Shown one piece after another: positions 56,501-58,507 of a stretch of DNA of 64,000 nt (its first letter is position 1; the number at the start of each line of letters is the position of its first letter). Source of the stretch: Candidatus Tantalella remota (GTDB lineage: Bacteria; Omnitrophota; Gorgyraeia; Tantalellales; Tantalellaceae); contig JAVCCB010000015.1 in the NCBI GenBank assembly GCA_030765685.1, positions 8,113 to 72,112 of the forward strand, in the 5' to 3' direction. Both the position numbers and the translations under genes were made by a program. The notes beneath the pieces are model-generated. The model saw only the letters and a list, made by a program, of their open reading frames with translations. It did no database searches and was not told where the DNA came from.

Positions 56501-57873
56501 ACGTGGGGGCTTATGGAAAGGCGCTAGCCGCGTTGGATAGCATAGAGTTCGGGAATGACGTTACGAGATCTATGCCGGCGAGGATAATAGATATTATAGA
56601 CAGGAATATCCTGCATCAGGAATCCATACCTTTACTGGAGAAGCTTATTAATACTTTTGGCGGTGAGTGGGTAAGCACTCAGGCACAGCTTGTCTTGAAC
56701 AAGATAGAAGTCGCGTATGCAAAAGAGGTCGATCTTGATAAGCTCAGGCAGGAATTTCAGGTAATAATAGGTGTTCCGGCTCCGGTGTTCATAAGTATGG
56801 GGGAAGAAAGAATAGAGGTTCTTGAGAAAGAGCTGAAAATACAAATAAAGATGGTCTCGGGAAATGATCAGGAAGAGATGCTGGGTAATCTGGATAAGCT
56901 TACTCAGGGGGAGAAATCTATCGCCGCTTTGCTTGACGTAGCACCCGGAACCGAAGGTATTGATGACATGGTACGAAGTTTCGCGGTAAAGGCTCGCCAG
57001 GATATTCTTGCGCTCATGCATCCTGAAATAACCTCTCTTACCGACGAGAATGTTAAAAGGATAGAGGATATAGGAGAACTGCAGTACATAGCCGGTATGC
57101 TTGTGAGGCTTCTCCCGGAGATGGATTCGCTTAATATAACCGAAAAGAGCATATATGATATCAGGGTGCATAACATATATGATAAGTACAGATTCGCGTA
57201 CAGCGAAGATGCTCTGAGGCATCTTGAAGACCTGAAAGTGGAACAAACACGCAAGAATAACCGTCACTTTATGGTTACGGGCATAGATAACGCGGCTGAT
57301 ATGCGACTTATGGCCGAATCGATACGTGACAGACGGCTTGCTATGGAGATAACGAAGCCTGAGGAAGATCCTATACGTGACGTACTCCTTGTGCGAAATA
57401 ATGAGATAAAGAATAATATTGAAGAATTTATGGAAGTTACCGGACTGGGGCAATATGTTCCCGCGGCCCAGGTGCTCTTTGTCGACGAGGGTGAGACCAG
57501 GACCCCGGAACGTGTCCTTGAGATGATACGAGATGAGATAGATGATAGTGTCCTGCCAGAGCAGGTGGCTATGGGTGCCAAAATGGGGATGATAGATATA
57601 GATTCCCAGGGCTCTACGGATATCTTAAGAAGCGACAGAAAAGATAGTATGCTTCTTGTTCAGCTGGAAGACGGTATGGTTAGCCAGCTCTACAGGATGA
57701 CTCTTGAGATCATGTCTAACAGCGACCAGGCGCCGTCGGCGGGTATTGACGGAGACCTGTCTCAGATAGGCAACTTGAACCTGTTCAATTATCTGCCACG
57801 GGTCGAACCGGTGGACATGAGTGAACTTAAGGATTACGAGGAACGCATACGTCAGATACTTGTAGCGGCGTAA
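26545..57873 (+). CDS. Giant multidomain membrane protein (10442 aa). Contains an N-terminal signal-anchor plus TraB/GumN-like module, an HExxH motif, several TM blocks, a GH5-like glycosidase, an NTP-transferase-like region with hexapeptide helix, a GalT-type HIT motif, and a PEP-utilizer plus PPDK_N-like module.
   Basis: ATG with RBS. 31329 nt in one frame ending at TAA 57871-57873. Coding composition throughout; antisense ORFs are low-complexity shadows. Confidence 0.92.
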   Translation: MGILRKGTGRQSLHTDKSGYSAAGVKAADEIYGVTTWRRRHAFFIKCVSIVVAVIFLHQQTGWAQAGKPVWANAKPLAKTYNEHMNLNGINIPYDVAKTQEVCVNPSEDVIIHVQDAHASLSAQHSIVNLLDSLVTNYDLRLIALEGASGYIDTSLLKTFPDKAIRDDTAEFMLKEGRMNAGEFFAVTNDGPEVEIYGIENDALYRTNVESFRNVANQRARHVADVEGMLGQLELLSEKMCSEELNMLNSNSVLHRDGRLSFTDHWKHMISLVEKYNIDFSRYGELKKILMSIELEGEINFAKANLERRRLIDELSREMDKEDLEQLVLRSLAFKQNNISQGDFHSYLISLAEKEGIEAAGYENLINFTRYIAIYESVELFKLYRELESLEDAVRERIYRNDDEREIYHMTKMIRLLKKLYSMELVNTEYVYLRENLGRVSVQDNARFIREKCDEYTVPIAGAYDLGMIFGDAEGAMDFYRQAEDRNAAMLANTLKAMRMTGKHVAALVTGGYHSTGLSELMQQKKLSYLVVIPKFESGKERPYIAILTNKKRPYQEILESGQYQLAVEAYFSATKGDLSRMKSSLFHALGEAAIEGKDIAAIKRIWEQAYRERYETIVSEKLDQMTFAPVTPEAFVSFLARVEAQRVGDATVIADRTGDGITFIALIRDGEYYEFNPASRSQRVVVARRLALQETSASTAEEEGAEDFANALQKIRSDVADIKSMLSSIIDTREELIIQLEGVSPADIMARLQDPANTTAKEVISKLRAKQINVPADWEGDEEISEKINVLVADVRSSAAYIARSEAIGEDSEQEPTRKAGAAEGLSEGAEERVEAQPTPDAATAAYIERSEVIGEASEKEPRRKRGPPGSMMGLLMVLGLSLFLNISSPSLGRAATPVAHPGGAVPELVQKGSDAMTSRVRATRESIAKSRGAGARKQFAADKQKMQDAIGEYFDNLRQTDYFKDRAARIASAGDGSDPLVLDTYISGGRFLLVDAYEDGYSWTVDMPERRMEKLNALIDRVWVSVDKDSLPEYIRAKTVTRQAEDGTSYEEPVDDIWKMLFVLSVLDPDTYDYLEKNNVRIVLVETDWFRGANRGTRFWRMIAPDGATIEIDRNQIAEMVGTLVHETVHHMNSDVPDSLWSLYRSTLGYGKEFFRELPSYEVEPFARQQEFMRAKFRLNVRMGFLSSAYLEQRWFFGMMSVLTWMITILAPAYIATKYAVKKMGGLKSIGEKVQNFVEKRTGGRDGQTNTATITVMAVMAATVATVFLAVLPALARPGSAIPMAGLLKSMAPMLALASVVISAAIVLSRNRASIAGLIANRRERRTKRRIEEAFMEALNNMGDEFRGAIDESVKENFRVKIQNDLTKLEPQISALRKERERAAISLTQGNAAAQKDINAADRKIARLLQAVEVLNTRLSSHEKIYEFLQDPKGVMPAVLEDDEYRETLQNYIGKMRALRMSGMSDEDMARLHTPAYFKSVIEAIPLLTLQGRAENLRKLGIKIKPYLLGYREDTMKEKVSLLARMGMPITASNVRLSQVKMIKTAITSYVNGILADAPVQQERDQLAALVEKTLTADMEVLVHPDYRGKNPFLSSYADAVYEEKDESVLTEEDRDALGRERDQLSELRDRYMAVIASPARMSDDDFEDLGDFLTRLSDGDLALYAEQHLSEEELEELNRLSEKTISIPQQEIQADFLYKIVSDKTINGQEIFDRVLYEEGVYALPQKMVVEELVADQEDIRTAHKKEFRGAVDAVKQHLKNLDTARSLYTAGEWIGLTRQIFKIRRDFSRDMKERIKALRYNDLYRDQARIFERYHDEYLLQLMGIDISRKDDGTLDLDRILLDLGIIGRDRFRELSRALSVMFPGTTIYSPVIRAMGFFSGAKGWMESQSEKTARMFDRIPLFGSMPAYARVMLMISMGIVVFASFALAALIPAAAPPTPTAPSITMETPTPLGYMETQVGLGEIEPIQAVLNVADIDTSYTPEYMQEWIADQLNDAWPTGVWEEVITPELAPAAPVAEPELLIAQAVDTNTVIDTGVTPGITPASGAPVLEAPVSEAPALETPVVEEQDIPVMEIIDVEEITVDEVKEHLTVEGGFRLPLLGRLWGGTTPEREEAARKAIILLSRVENPRQQKQMYKLGKKSVNRMKSEDEDSILRNTLYEFALEEAKRLQGDDTYQGDVEEVIGSILDSVRTIPQRGTYDKVREGLLSRPLLSDTDMLLTLLTADNLLDERLDIDLATINYLKENGTGGIFGNFKVWIGLGYDTRSESLSMALPGVSLTLLDRGKDARVSEAMANIGNKRAEYYASTVSAMRDFFVLWQNANQITDEIGRLEKGVARLKVELEQAHEEDRPGILSRIRTAEGMVDDDQAELGKITARIKALMGIRPDRAISLDFSKPISPDAIDNAFRICADYGVELGAPADVIKANAGAIWGAASAEEADIAGIRTVTIGAKVDFLNILTDWGLVGLTGTLDLRWGRTMTEAHAEFLKAVKTMYAEMSEKDAEVKKVTLLRVQSSTRALLASMDENIERLEKIKKEHEAPAKRWTRNRYDYMQAIFDIQHARVIRDQVELQVQAVWAELGLEYRLVEGVPEARAVMDMDAVMQQVMDRITTRGDIRELELLKTRALGEFKAMGITPPESMTGEKVGAGRTLRNAGVRALTTIGLGDGITLGGSLTGQDIAGGYGWMEDISESREDITRWWTSFGIEIRPENALGLWQQYWEVTYKEADMLMKNKVYRWSCDVLSMINSYRGLEAQLASAERQLELAKEIQADILADRYSTVEEADMVDKSAEFVSEKKALLETVRAQLSESMNISLDDVAGEGVVSADEIEGLLARTLESAGIEGYDPEGAEKELLETARQKTVVLLRLARFKKMEVPVGIAWESYQKLSPRRTQTTDDAGNVIMNDLTSQAFTEDVTDADGATVTDYVTENTREYYVEWTSVLENLLQKTVIVKRPKAVVDKADFDLERWPSRATRVRRIAVADREEASDNLNSSRQELMDQDTALAGLIERYAAYDPYVTPRMIRYQEKKVEGRRSEVIANEAALVNADIRLIRVAGVNWRETEGPQAEERDYSREEVMHKQIQAGLDGSEAFIKMLTDYVDVDLRLSVETPNIDDRLDTVDGYLADINGWRDYLDNERWNSYSWADSGSGGDTVGESIDPNTGTVTPADDSQQSQQQAGLDATRATLDGYEEQLNEQKSQLEDIKKRQIAGFIDWKIEIKVRPFAELADAGKSRRKAKDAEAEEKQIEYAFAFRMIQDYVQLQAVREKLASEQQLEASVRVFLEEEMAFKQEISPDAGMTDRVKQFTSELEEIKDNIAAYKYQLRHLEKRGTKGLKALVDSGVLELTYVDENGQIREIDITQVDPALFNKVMQTVQEKWPQVQRSVLAREISEINLAQLSIPRNLASNFEIRHPFGSREEFGTRLVLGIYVNIIEPGRAYRKASEQVSLWINEAKQRDAEISFQNTLKALETRITEYAEAMIRHQAAYQNGERSIAEAMENWGDLDPNALIVLGETRYTMREARENFIEARANYNEAMLELQVYVHVLGDDKPETMAELLSPVTAEEKATITAAGVSPDQVQAEALKLPAPDWVTGPAAIRDADIRIETDIFLSNVLSDREYTEDEVDHWVGYFRYLSQPNFRDYTKDEAVRHITGMTWWAKKMMPRLEGVEIPDFFGRCVDPYSLSDRAAENPMIGFIDFAMAYEEYMMARGQESMGRDADPEIARRRTERKMDEVIQALKTGGAELEALKTEIDKVGLAKNPDDWDLKLVMMKKYGDAITGRNLRVTKYNFADRRFLANLYTYTVLHSLTPEETDNLYSTVLPELVKLVNDIAGDSLSPENIRDLPGDQAKYLNWLYEQMDEVPAEKQERLQGWIDAYSNMLAENIALDRAMTLLTIASENTATLQGMGIDTDLAKEIKKLKYRSDVLTAIAMGEAAPKDMDKFMSLMSTSMDKESIEAGTGELIPNINIVPRGLRRTRDVWTGILGPDGIFDGRHVLSYRYNTDNSYSVDYQAPYYVPSATEVDEGIYTEVARKEAQAHGGIKTSDYDSSDNFKKTVFGDNTEKEVISGIIGPDNDYEVRISGSPTPAENRIYVYKKGVLTEIRNLEGMFIKKRGYKGEFLYDAHTTDVNVLRGAGINEKMAGRIFGSRQAAPDEVVREVEGIEIADGVVTGDIVVIADKDVVRKLLVDHPSLGSPDNKALVDALFYAQGDNRFTNVRMGELMTLGEASRATIKSYLESAARNIGKDEIDFDLTDMDTADSFVWWTAAVMNGQVPDAIYEGDMAPVMAKMAEISEWPEIRETAEFLISYDNRARENGEVVGNVYRMLYSNARSIIEGEMTGKEAKALIKEQLHVVREAYMLVTGETPYGYQELTSEEKTSMQRILGSNYTLVGVLGALAVGLLFVMRARKRKRVAEGALKRVGLDEDTGAAARLLDARRGDLERAAINSLLAGNKESEIQDTGIMAIVIQEDLGDVAAAYQFASESDDERIRGRVIIVQNTNTLFRGFEDEALYHEAREAYWMDQTGDRSAAHILASAEQSRRFARAELGGLTPYHYQEIGKLGSSEAVERLQGEERAEHLRVLAEYGMTWASDYEDAFQLQLSVRLAELLAEERAIALPQVTPPTAPRAPAVPGVTPEFFDKQITYSTKYLLSLQNNVKKALADAVKKKEKRPLRKRIASYFINPGYEFVEDDQKVIARSIIEACDTMRSALDRASSIRESLSGSESLGIKAINSAFVKLVDMLKPEEEASVIGVQSSLTGRLREDGAKKTNLDRERETGELVLVLQNLSNNLVSIESVYATAGITDLRINRSYTLPELIVEVQNSLTEKKPISSGAIAAISQLTEEFFFATAGNEIIENLAVQQSFGPPGHFLKKTSIVKDLRTTLDIAEKEARAVESGQATYEKYFVDRKKKFGYAPSTSINLSIRANNFIELSMTDDDKNVIWEGTTVEGLEGVDEVTSGVEFYGKGRQLTTFESLIPIIFGMTERLKSASEIGARLRAKGTSMPLAQVTEQLSGPLRKARVDGYVTQSEHLGDDSSREPVRERLGLRFAVTVLAAAALMFAFGALVLPNLPAGLFPAVHELTAIGILDPHAKASAATGVFFFFKQLVTMVFFTITITMIQKKYLADTGLFNKTGLVRILDDDIGKAVPDRRMAEAVEGMKETLPADSRQNFRGVKTRKEDGSYESSSKIAGELSRPIGLKGFFEKSKKPMNVVRRSGAEGADPFFFVYLNSVTRKEMVEALLRAEEKATGTLSGDLVDYLNEQRAAGYRVDGKIVVSNEDIIRKIEEGAPERAENIYQALKEDKRFFIHVARCTPLFGEPFLLETVNIRNLDTDYPNLTVWPALVEHDQKVTDRFTELVSQGRIPDDMHALLSSQMGVQKQNLPIIDEKEARSRLARGESLEGVTLLTAEDGRVKTGWDMIERLPETKSVATGYAISAMETVAEVLRNRGTLSEDDSLFMAVPDFSEAGAPEVFEILDAEDRANTLQPWSIAIGFKRINTIVEYLQEVVETEGYDAIRPAVLRRSNRALYNEITRWGIDLLMVTDTVNDFRKMREKMSASAETNRYIDKQQEIFEASLLSEEELATLVGAEKEKALEKAFVMSEMRARLSPAVLQGVLRLNPLGDNPFTTQDYGPWNMIKRGLVAQRSIISLLGGLLSGGLIAYVAFTAFSYFGFSAMAYAGAVIGGSIGFKGAIWLVGNLVLKYRHLSEGVERSINKASPFPYDGTTNSFWLEKLVGRNMRTGEETFRGKLEHGLYEYKKGLYELGPDDAEANAALEFMATFTPYRTLGIHDSNDIIEDAKLGSLCSKYGYRNMIIADYGTETFEANLPELGYEWWYQRSRWITITPIAVMLRSMRDFFIFFGVIIGMGFGGALMGSRMVGLMGIPLGLIGVGLGAVAGGLIGNVLGGVAYRIKRAFGRAPYPEQESSFAKQAGVFNFMLLIFLLFGKPATLMTTFTFGTTGLLAAATGLAKLGYLGSYAQVIMTFAPPMFWFITSAAVGLTLFLIPFYIIFEMSVFGALFSGPDNESLVRDGLDRMKETAEKFQNYKISVEARRLSGILKYRPEDKEAIEESVASMRELLFELSSPDDTPEEADLRAFDERDMDKNWRVQSVLDAVLDGSRDTTQLRRDLNQIARDKAISLNPSLQVRVKIMEHIDKAFDKFAVTDSYSYDDMIKVLSDMREGRLGFNKGWQIDMFDDAVMRFTKAVETQKPATLEDAVKIHEEEMRLIGDAISTKIAEIRGRYDEVIAGKISFGSRAAMMAAGLIAGAAVLWAKNLIIPGVAVTMIISGIALSALWLTSRAGIKMGIGMMPYFYLKQVVISLQIAVLYFIHMIPAAKITLEQIWARRDNWWSRTSHDEREILPESRARYGEKVRANIREMFTRRERVGRSMFETPAVSFAFFLASMTFLLLLINNGLTWRMRDAAVVGLFLSSVPLIWNTLMLRFDEVGKSQFFRPAISLAGAGFVIASAGLVSLGLKTMGYPLFVAPFAFEATVALVGIAMLSAAIFTPKDRLREIYMNIYNKWMLYAVVLGPATAMLVLLPFGQNLLEGRKTRFIEDNVNPMVEIYHASRSGDIYFSTEDVMWRLAQGMPAEGKSQAELEDFRKRASIIRQMARMRDEGITNTDIAENLINAFKDCPYPSGPDGLAGWVRINADIFAVKAGIAKGTLHVQKLKDYYEKQIEVYGFDRTKTDLARRYIESIEAYEKDEVERGISDRELRGDYDLIRIQLEAYRRLLMETGDPAAQLKYLHIVGIVENSIEGVGISEVWNLPSVEYEDFELSFYKKEYLTTVDHVSSGARKEQMPEALDEDAIVTDPVKGEITAKINISRERRSNVIGLNVQDMLGRPLAEDEQMVLTVTVPEKFVTGNPMASISLQGVWSDSGGNWQHGAHNIVFGERPLADGQYKYNIAISPLDEYDSYQFGYYTDGGFSPNSADMKVAGIRVLIGNADQIQDSFEGEITIQGRIRKVQKMEKPLNVRGDATGGEEFRKNSGMSIGLSFHDVGKWGAAEHDGFSSEQGKAKLRETFRNFAEDGIMNVRMQSLFGDGRAGLVFDDAGNFTGFDDYVESDILALFEVLDEIRVDYPEFKIMPVLFSFELADGTTSENGFTIGEHPELLTDSENRDVLLSELNRVFGIVWGHEGVTAWDLFNEPEIAHNTMDAEGNRVLNIGEVQEFVRLLAPDIQRQGGDVTVGSFTRTQMLNNWLDSPLDLLQFHWYDKSPYNDINFLKAWMSDGRPVIAGEIGALGKFPVQLQGGDIRDIAEMLRRSGVNGAYPWQDWGKYDRGTSRNYAKWLESQSKRPVSVPEEAEAPVVKPVSAPEGKPLPPVSMRPARPVIPKKLFRGQLPRRTGMMGLILAIGTVFMAAGQGSAVAGEVAMPVAFTGAVAQIVSTAGTMVVEETGPGVIFALAERVTAGQLLPYAIGLVVLVGLMAFTVYLARKRTRKEIEDQFAVERRELIDARRIGAIENDDVREMEAMLMEDTEFGTAARDEIARLKAIGDTADLDKFIRETFIQRFNIDLTRTALTREDYKKRGYDTIIISSSSADDAAAKKLAVQRMFRGLPVEIFSEVVSNDGGQIMGHMTVLEAARENGLDLDEMFSKKGGPKVAVWHDGGMASRFSPITPSLNDARGLQDLVGRFENSRLEMTDAELLFMVMLNSLDFGSTSTATTVDTFWTSQIVAGTVAHSMIERSDAPFVKFLVPIDWDVPKDLLYKQLLQFGTVTTDENGYIRNFYGNQKKSCIRKAKDGTLEINPDHQYIYDDLKSAPTAYFDFGSFSMNNAMLKALYDYWMKKTALDDDGNEYRIIRKAVETGVVAKELKRDIDPHFTQPLAFLLQAIVSERNLGRDMLEGITPVDAFRQYTGEERRLQLQKQVALIRQRLPGGARVRMGEFFEEEVEIEDAEKPGEKKKVKQIVIDKNTGNPEEKILDPVTETIEIFLLNRDNPDIFPEDLSRTLGSISLGQNAEWQTYRSAYDITNEKLFMLTDLKGKIIHIANEKKKDETWETSPVETEPEPRDLVRAENARRIRNIPDDALCDFYVNGRHIVLSRAEITGPEPWEGEGVRIHNSIVQGSILLPGSEIIDSVVDKSQGRIIATASYVQRVTVKDLDAENSLVHMVVSDGAVESRGEIVSDVFRPELLTDEYHDGRFFRGQTRLRVPMYYDPKEEDEVIYGDNKFAIDRDEEKVERGEVPDELVIRRMGTVRSQNEDIESKIRIQAMIIGGMREALEARVKTLKNSGKLTAGFVKDIFKNLDLYGPADQYALAEIVYFANLIHSISQDQAVRDISGSAMKEHVFFERIRESFRGAEYDRGPRQATNPQETDELFNERLGALKFIFDQNIDVMDGNNRFKVFLWLEVLVHTDVITTSALKGLLIDLERRLPDDISFGSVMETAYEVLAIQGYPYDDTNSGYYVLRRNFLNMVRKAVPLKEYSLVGDTDLGAVVDQGMQRIRQERWKNGSPVLFYEYSEDVDTVPLPNGAEFDIVNIPGRLAYEEHKRAERPSALEASQEELPVVGPKIVREHDKSCRFSALSKQMVCAVTRHGVEFDVFANISPFGENHVVMATHEPSYQLIDDVEKAQALLYFARRLGPEYEGIFNSTNAAASVFHFHGQYIKARTKLWDNIRDSKARIDWDPGYFNYPAVRGGTLSGWPAKVRYMESSDIGQLGRAIMADVKDLESKDMAYNLSFRFEDGRYKVMVFPRKKERTKTLTPKSDISLGMGGVDLSGRLIVYKPGDRQYLTEDLARTAANFETVMRDEVTDAYWVSPLSKTWLQSVKDVVVRLLPPSREEHPISWGASVAASAGYGLFAGGLGYFFGIGARHMVVLISTLAIVSIIYLMQALDLKYDALAKARDLFGKIMPKRAGPGLVPLFRPNFDNILPIPQDSPYLTYVKDNKLYVNVKEMSRRPALVQYFYYFHEWFHLQGVMSHLVLYGVQGMLLAILPQIVLGTLAANTSMNFSIAMVGGLAATVTMGRGAMAIILSFIKEDGSIKLVPEEEYPKDISTAQATGEEYRQAHTNRRIRADILGGRYVLIKVDDEGELYLETKGDNAKGVRRDFNDKLNAISDNEELKAFLAKNKHLIEDLEIYLVEPEPGAPDSVHPSLLTCDGRNWQVAVSGSNGGRSQSVYMTREFFESMSVEDVLLPVLYNQITRAIMLYRYWHLHPDIAYPAGKHTSQIQRFVDEIVNTGPVRTELDNVIRDQIRLREELDVDEGMRAQLISLMEAIIEENQFEDESGRKQKYKAFMDLRDELMKFNRSIEEPDYDKAVEVWGKISYRVNSMLREGHAMYDVVRGINKMKLIRGIAREISGILEQYVAEFGIYRSEGAIERGQAVGKVVVIDKVEDIEGRLNDITGDEIWVLPILTIRAPYLEGRGIIVSAGQGGHARQVASDKALPLANIPNAIECLKQFDGQWGMLRVEPNGIVRFRPAHKDEIDTRDEYVRKPEAKKVEIPKPVLGVDVPLAYDLEDVDKFYINRVGAKAANLGHMLNNGFAEYIPPGAALSFEFSSRFMNTQNTEGVSLRDRIKAIIEDIPVERGKVTDEDLFLEILEKARNEIMNTPLEGENGELKEAVLASIRRIRGKAGLLEPMTEEEQSKILEAVKKVIATKYTETAVRLRLDNQVADEDVYAGIVLQIVGSDAEPVTTDRPQISGTISTFNPLSTSKGEIHISGGPGVGAVVDDEGLPAQVIVNKVTGKITIVKSTSDEDTMTVPQPGTFLARSSFNFEDLLELSGAGQYESYADRETREAGVPSTLKQVISKDLATRLADIGKKMELLYGYWPQDIEWTVTPGGKLFLVQTRSIPDGVPHDVGEPKLLYTDIYKDMLPLVTDEQLKQLRELKRERNAPALLDLIQIGKMDFELYRNKAELGTRIIAVSYLESLLAKDKTIGEGLTEETVDAMMAYALNPSNMLTAPGMLKALSHLSDSLRHRERLKLQAEMADIEMGTGIGGHLGWLAFAEFASNVGAYGKALAALDSIEFGNDVTRSMPARIIDIIDRNILHQESIPLLEKLINTFGGEWVSTQAQLVLNKIEVAYAKEVDLDKLRQEFQVIIGVPAPVFISMGEERIEVLEKELKIQIKMVSGNDQEEMLGNLDKLTQGEKSIAALLDVAPGTEGIDDMVRSFAVKARQDILALMHPEITSLTDENVKRIEDIGELQYIAGMLVRLLPEMDSLNITEKSIYDIRVHNIYDKYRFAYSEDALRHLEDLKVEQTRKNNRHFMVTGIDNAADMRLMAESIRDRRLAMEITKPEEDPIRDVLLVRNNEIKNNIEEFMEVTGLGQYVPAAQVLFVDEGETRTPERVLEMIRDEIDDSVLPEQVAMGAKMGMIDIDSQGSTDILRSDRKDSMLLVQLEDGMVSQLYRMTLEIMSNSDQAPSAGIDGDLSQIGNLNLFNYLPRVEPVDMSELKDYEERIRQILVAA
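26668..28285 (+). other. Conserved N-terminal module of ORF2: signal-anchor helix (26668-26740) plus TraB/GumN-like domain (26870-28285). Paralogous to the ORF3 N-terminus.
   Basis: IIHVQDAHASLSAQ...LRLIALEGASGYIDTSLLK near the domain start and VAALVTGGYHSTGLSELMQQKKLSYLVVIP near its end. The latter resembles the TraB/GumN C-terminal motif FxAVGAGHLxGxxGVxxLLxxxGYxV. Alignable with ORF3 aa 1-530. Confidence 0.5.
28941..29144 (+). repeat. In-frame direct repeat (~66 nt x2, ~72 nt apart) inside ORF2, encoding AAYIARSEAIGEDSEQEPTRK / AAYIERSEVIGEASEKEPRRK
   Basis: 28941-29006 and 29079-29144 are about 85% identical at nucleotide level. Confidence 0.8.
29926..29940 (+). other. HExxH zinc-metallopeptidase-like motif (LVHETVHHM) in ORF2
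   Basis: Codons cat gag acg gta cat at 29926-29940. Preceded by hydrophobic residues in an SprT/WLM-like pattern. Motif-level only. Confidence 0.3.
33700..37230 (+). other. Possible outer-membrane-factor (TolC/OEP)-like helical and beta periodicity in ORF2 (weak)
   Basis: Recurrent Ala/Leu/Glu helices ending in Y/N-rich turns (e.g. EARENFIEARANYNEAMLELQ, SELEEIKDNIAAYKYQL), alternating with Gly/aromatic strand-like segments. Composition-level resemblance only. Confidence 0.2.
43520..46245 (+). other. Polytopic transmembrane block of ORF2 (about 15 or more predicted helices), with glycine-zipper segments
   Basis: e.g. GMGFGGALMGSRMVGLMGIPLGLIGVGLGAVAGGLIGNVLGG, FAPPMFWFITSAAVGLTLFLIPFYIIF, AAMMAAGLIAGAAVLWAKNLIIPGVAVTMIISGIALSALWL, FVIASAGLVSLGL...VALVGIAMLSAAIF. 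Confidence 0.65.
47600..48470 (+). other. Glycoside hydrolase family 5-like (clan GH-A, (beta/alpha)8) domain in ORF2
   Basis: WDLFNEPE with the acid/base Glu in NEP (48058-48066). LLQFHWY as the conserved His-x-Tyr. VIAGEIGA with the nucleophile Glu (48334-48336). Spacing matches GH5. Followed by a Pro-rich linker and TM helices. Confidence 0.65.
49200..50960 (+). other. Sugar-1-phosphate nucleotidyltransferase-like region plus left-handed beta-helix (hexapeptide) segment
   Basis: VAVWHDGGMASRFSPITP (49441-49494) parallels GGxGTRLxPLT. FGTVTTDENGYIRNFYGNQKK parallels yGvv..d.dG.v..f.EKP. Hexad periodicity in VRIHNSIVQGSILLPGSEIIDSVVDKSQGRIIATAS (50775-50960). Confidence 0.35.
52130..52700 (+). 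other. HIT-superfamily, GalT-branch (HxHxQ) nucleotidyltransferase/phosphorylase-like domain
   Basis: SVFHFHGQYI with H-F-H-G-Q at 52432-52446. Upstream NISPFGENHVVMATHE. Confidence 0.4.
54570..54830 (+). other. PEP-utilizing-enzyme mobile (phosphohistidine) domain-like segment
   Basis: GAIERGQAVGKVVVID...GDEIWVLPILTIRAPYLEGRGIIVSAGQGGHARQVASDKALPLANIP parallels G.aspG.a.G.v.vi...GdILV...tdP.w..kaaGiVTe.GG.TSHAAIVARElGiP.VvG. Confidence 0.45.
54990..56030 (+). other. PPDK_N-type ATP-grasp nucleotide-binding domain (pyruvate phosphate dikinase / PEP synthase / rifampin-phosphotransferase family)
   Basis: FYINRVGAKAANLGHMLNNGFAEYIPPGAALSFEF parallels GGKGANLAEM...G.PVPPGF.IT. C-terminal QDIEWTVTPGGKLFLVQTRSIP parallels DIEWa...gklyiLQaRP. 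Confidence 0.55.
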
Positions 57874-57974
57874 TCGCAAACTGCTGGTCGTGCGGCCGGT
57901 CAGATGTCATATGGTTTGAGATGTTGTAGTATTTTTAAGTAGCAAACGGCGAAAGGAGGTCGGGGGAAAAGTTT

Positions 57975-57996
57975 GGTTCGAGAGTTCACTCGAACC
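57975..57996 (+). other. Perfect 8-bp hairpin ggttcgag-agttca-ctcgaacc downstream of ORF2
   Basis: Read directly. No T-run follows, so it is not called a terminator. Confidence 0.4.
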
Positions 57997-58036
57997 ATGT
58001 AGAGGTGCACAAAACCTTCCTGCATCTCGAAGAAAA

Positions 58037-58064
58037 GGCTCCGGCCGTAAGGTCGGAGCCTTTT
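58037..58064 (+). terminator. Rho-independent terminator candidate for ORF2
   Basis: ggctccggcc-gtaa-ggtcggagcc: 10-bp GC-rich stem with one G.U pair and a GNRA-like loop, followed by TTTT (58061-58064). About 165 nt after the ORF2 stop. Confidence 0.6.
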
Positions 58065-58078
58065 CAATTGTAGAGTAG

Positions 58079-58123
58079 GTTAAGGTTGAGGTTAAGGACG
58101 TCATTCCCGCGGAAGCGGGAATC
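58079..58123. repeat. REP-like hairpin (cattcccgc-GGAA-gcgggaat, 58103-58122) with adjacent linker ggttaaggttgaggttaagg. Inverted copy of the composite at 26339-26377.
   Basis: The reverse complement matches gcgggaatgacatcctttcttaacctcaacctcaacc, found upstream of ORF2. Confidence 0.65.
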
Positions 58124-58325
58124 CATTGATAATGATAGGTATGCCGTTTATGGTTAATAGGTTACGTCTTTGGAATCGTTAAAGGGTTTACGGCTGGGGT
58201 TGAACCGCCACCTCTTAACGTAAGACGTTTCGATAGACGCAACCCTTCAACGTGATCCGTATTTGTTCCTGATGTCCCAATATTCTGCTTTCCTGGTCCC
58301 GATACCCGGTTTAACCTGGTCGAAA

Positions 58326-58401
58326 TTAACCTGGTTATATTTGCAGACCTGCCTTGATGTTTCATCAAGGCACCCCCCCCCCATGAAAATAACCAGGTTG
58401 A
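58326..58401. repeat. Structured intergenic element: 11-bp inverted repeat aacctggttat / ataaccaggtt enclosing an 8-bp hairpin (58352-58370) and a C10 homopolymer (58373-58382)
   Basis: Read directly. The IR core equals the tandem-repeat core at 26141-26194. The C10 tract could be slippage-prone. Confidence 0.7.
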
Positions 58402-58436
58402 AAATGCGACCCTATCTTGATCTTAAGCTGCACATC

Positions 58437-58507
58437 GTCATCCCCGCGGAAGCGGGGATCTAATGAAAATATTACTTCCATTTGATTCCCGCGTTCGCGG
58501 GAATGAC
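58437..58507. repeat. REP doublet in opposite orientations: gtcatccccgc-GGAA-gcggggatc (58437-58460) and gattcccgcg-TTC-gcgggaatgac (58484-58507)
   Basis: Two 24-nt palindromes 23 nt apart. The second is the reverse complement of the 58100-58123 type, a BIME-like inverted REP pair. Confidence 0.75.

Noticed and set aside
57961-58000. tRNA-like T-arm (ggttcgag...ctcgaacc)
   Set aside because: An 8-bp stem with a 6-nt loop, and no acceptor, D or anticodon arms nearby. A simple hairpin, not a tRNA.
58263-58463. Plus-strand 66-aa ORF in the ORF2-ORF3 spacer
   Set aside because: It spans the IR-hairpin-C10 element and a REP palindrome. No RBS. Its composition is repeat-derived. Regarded as non-coding.
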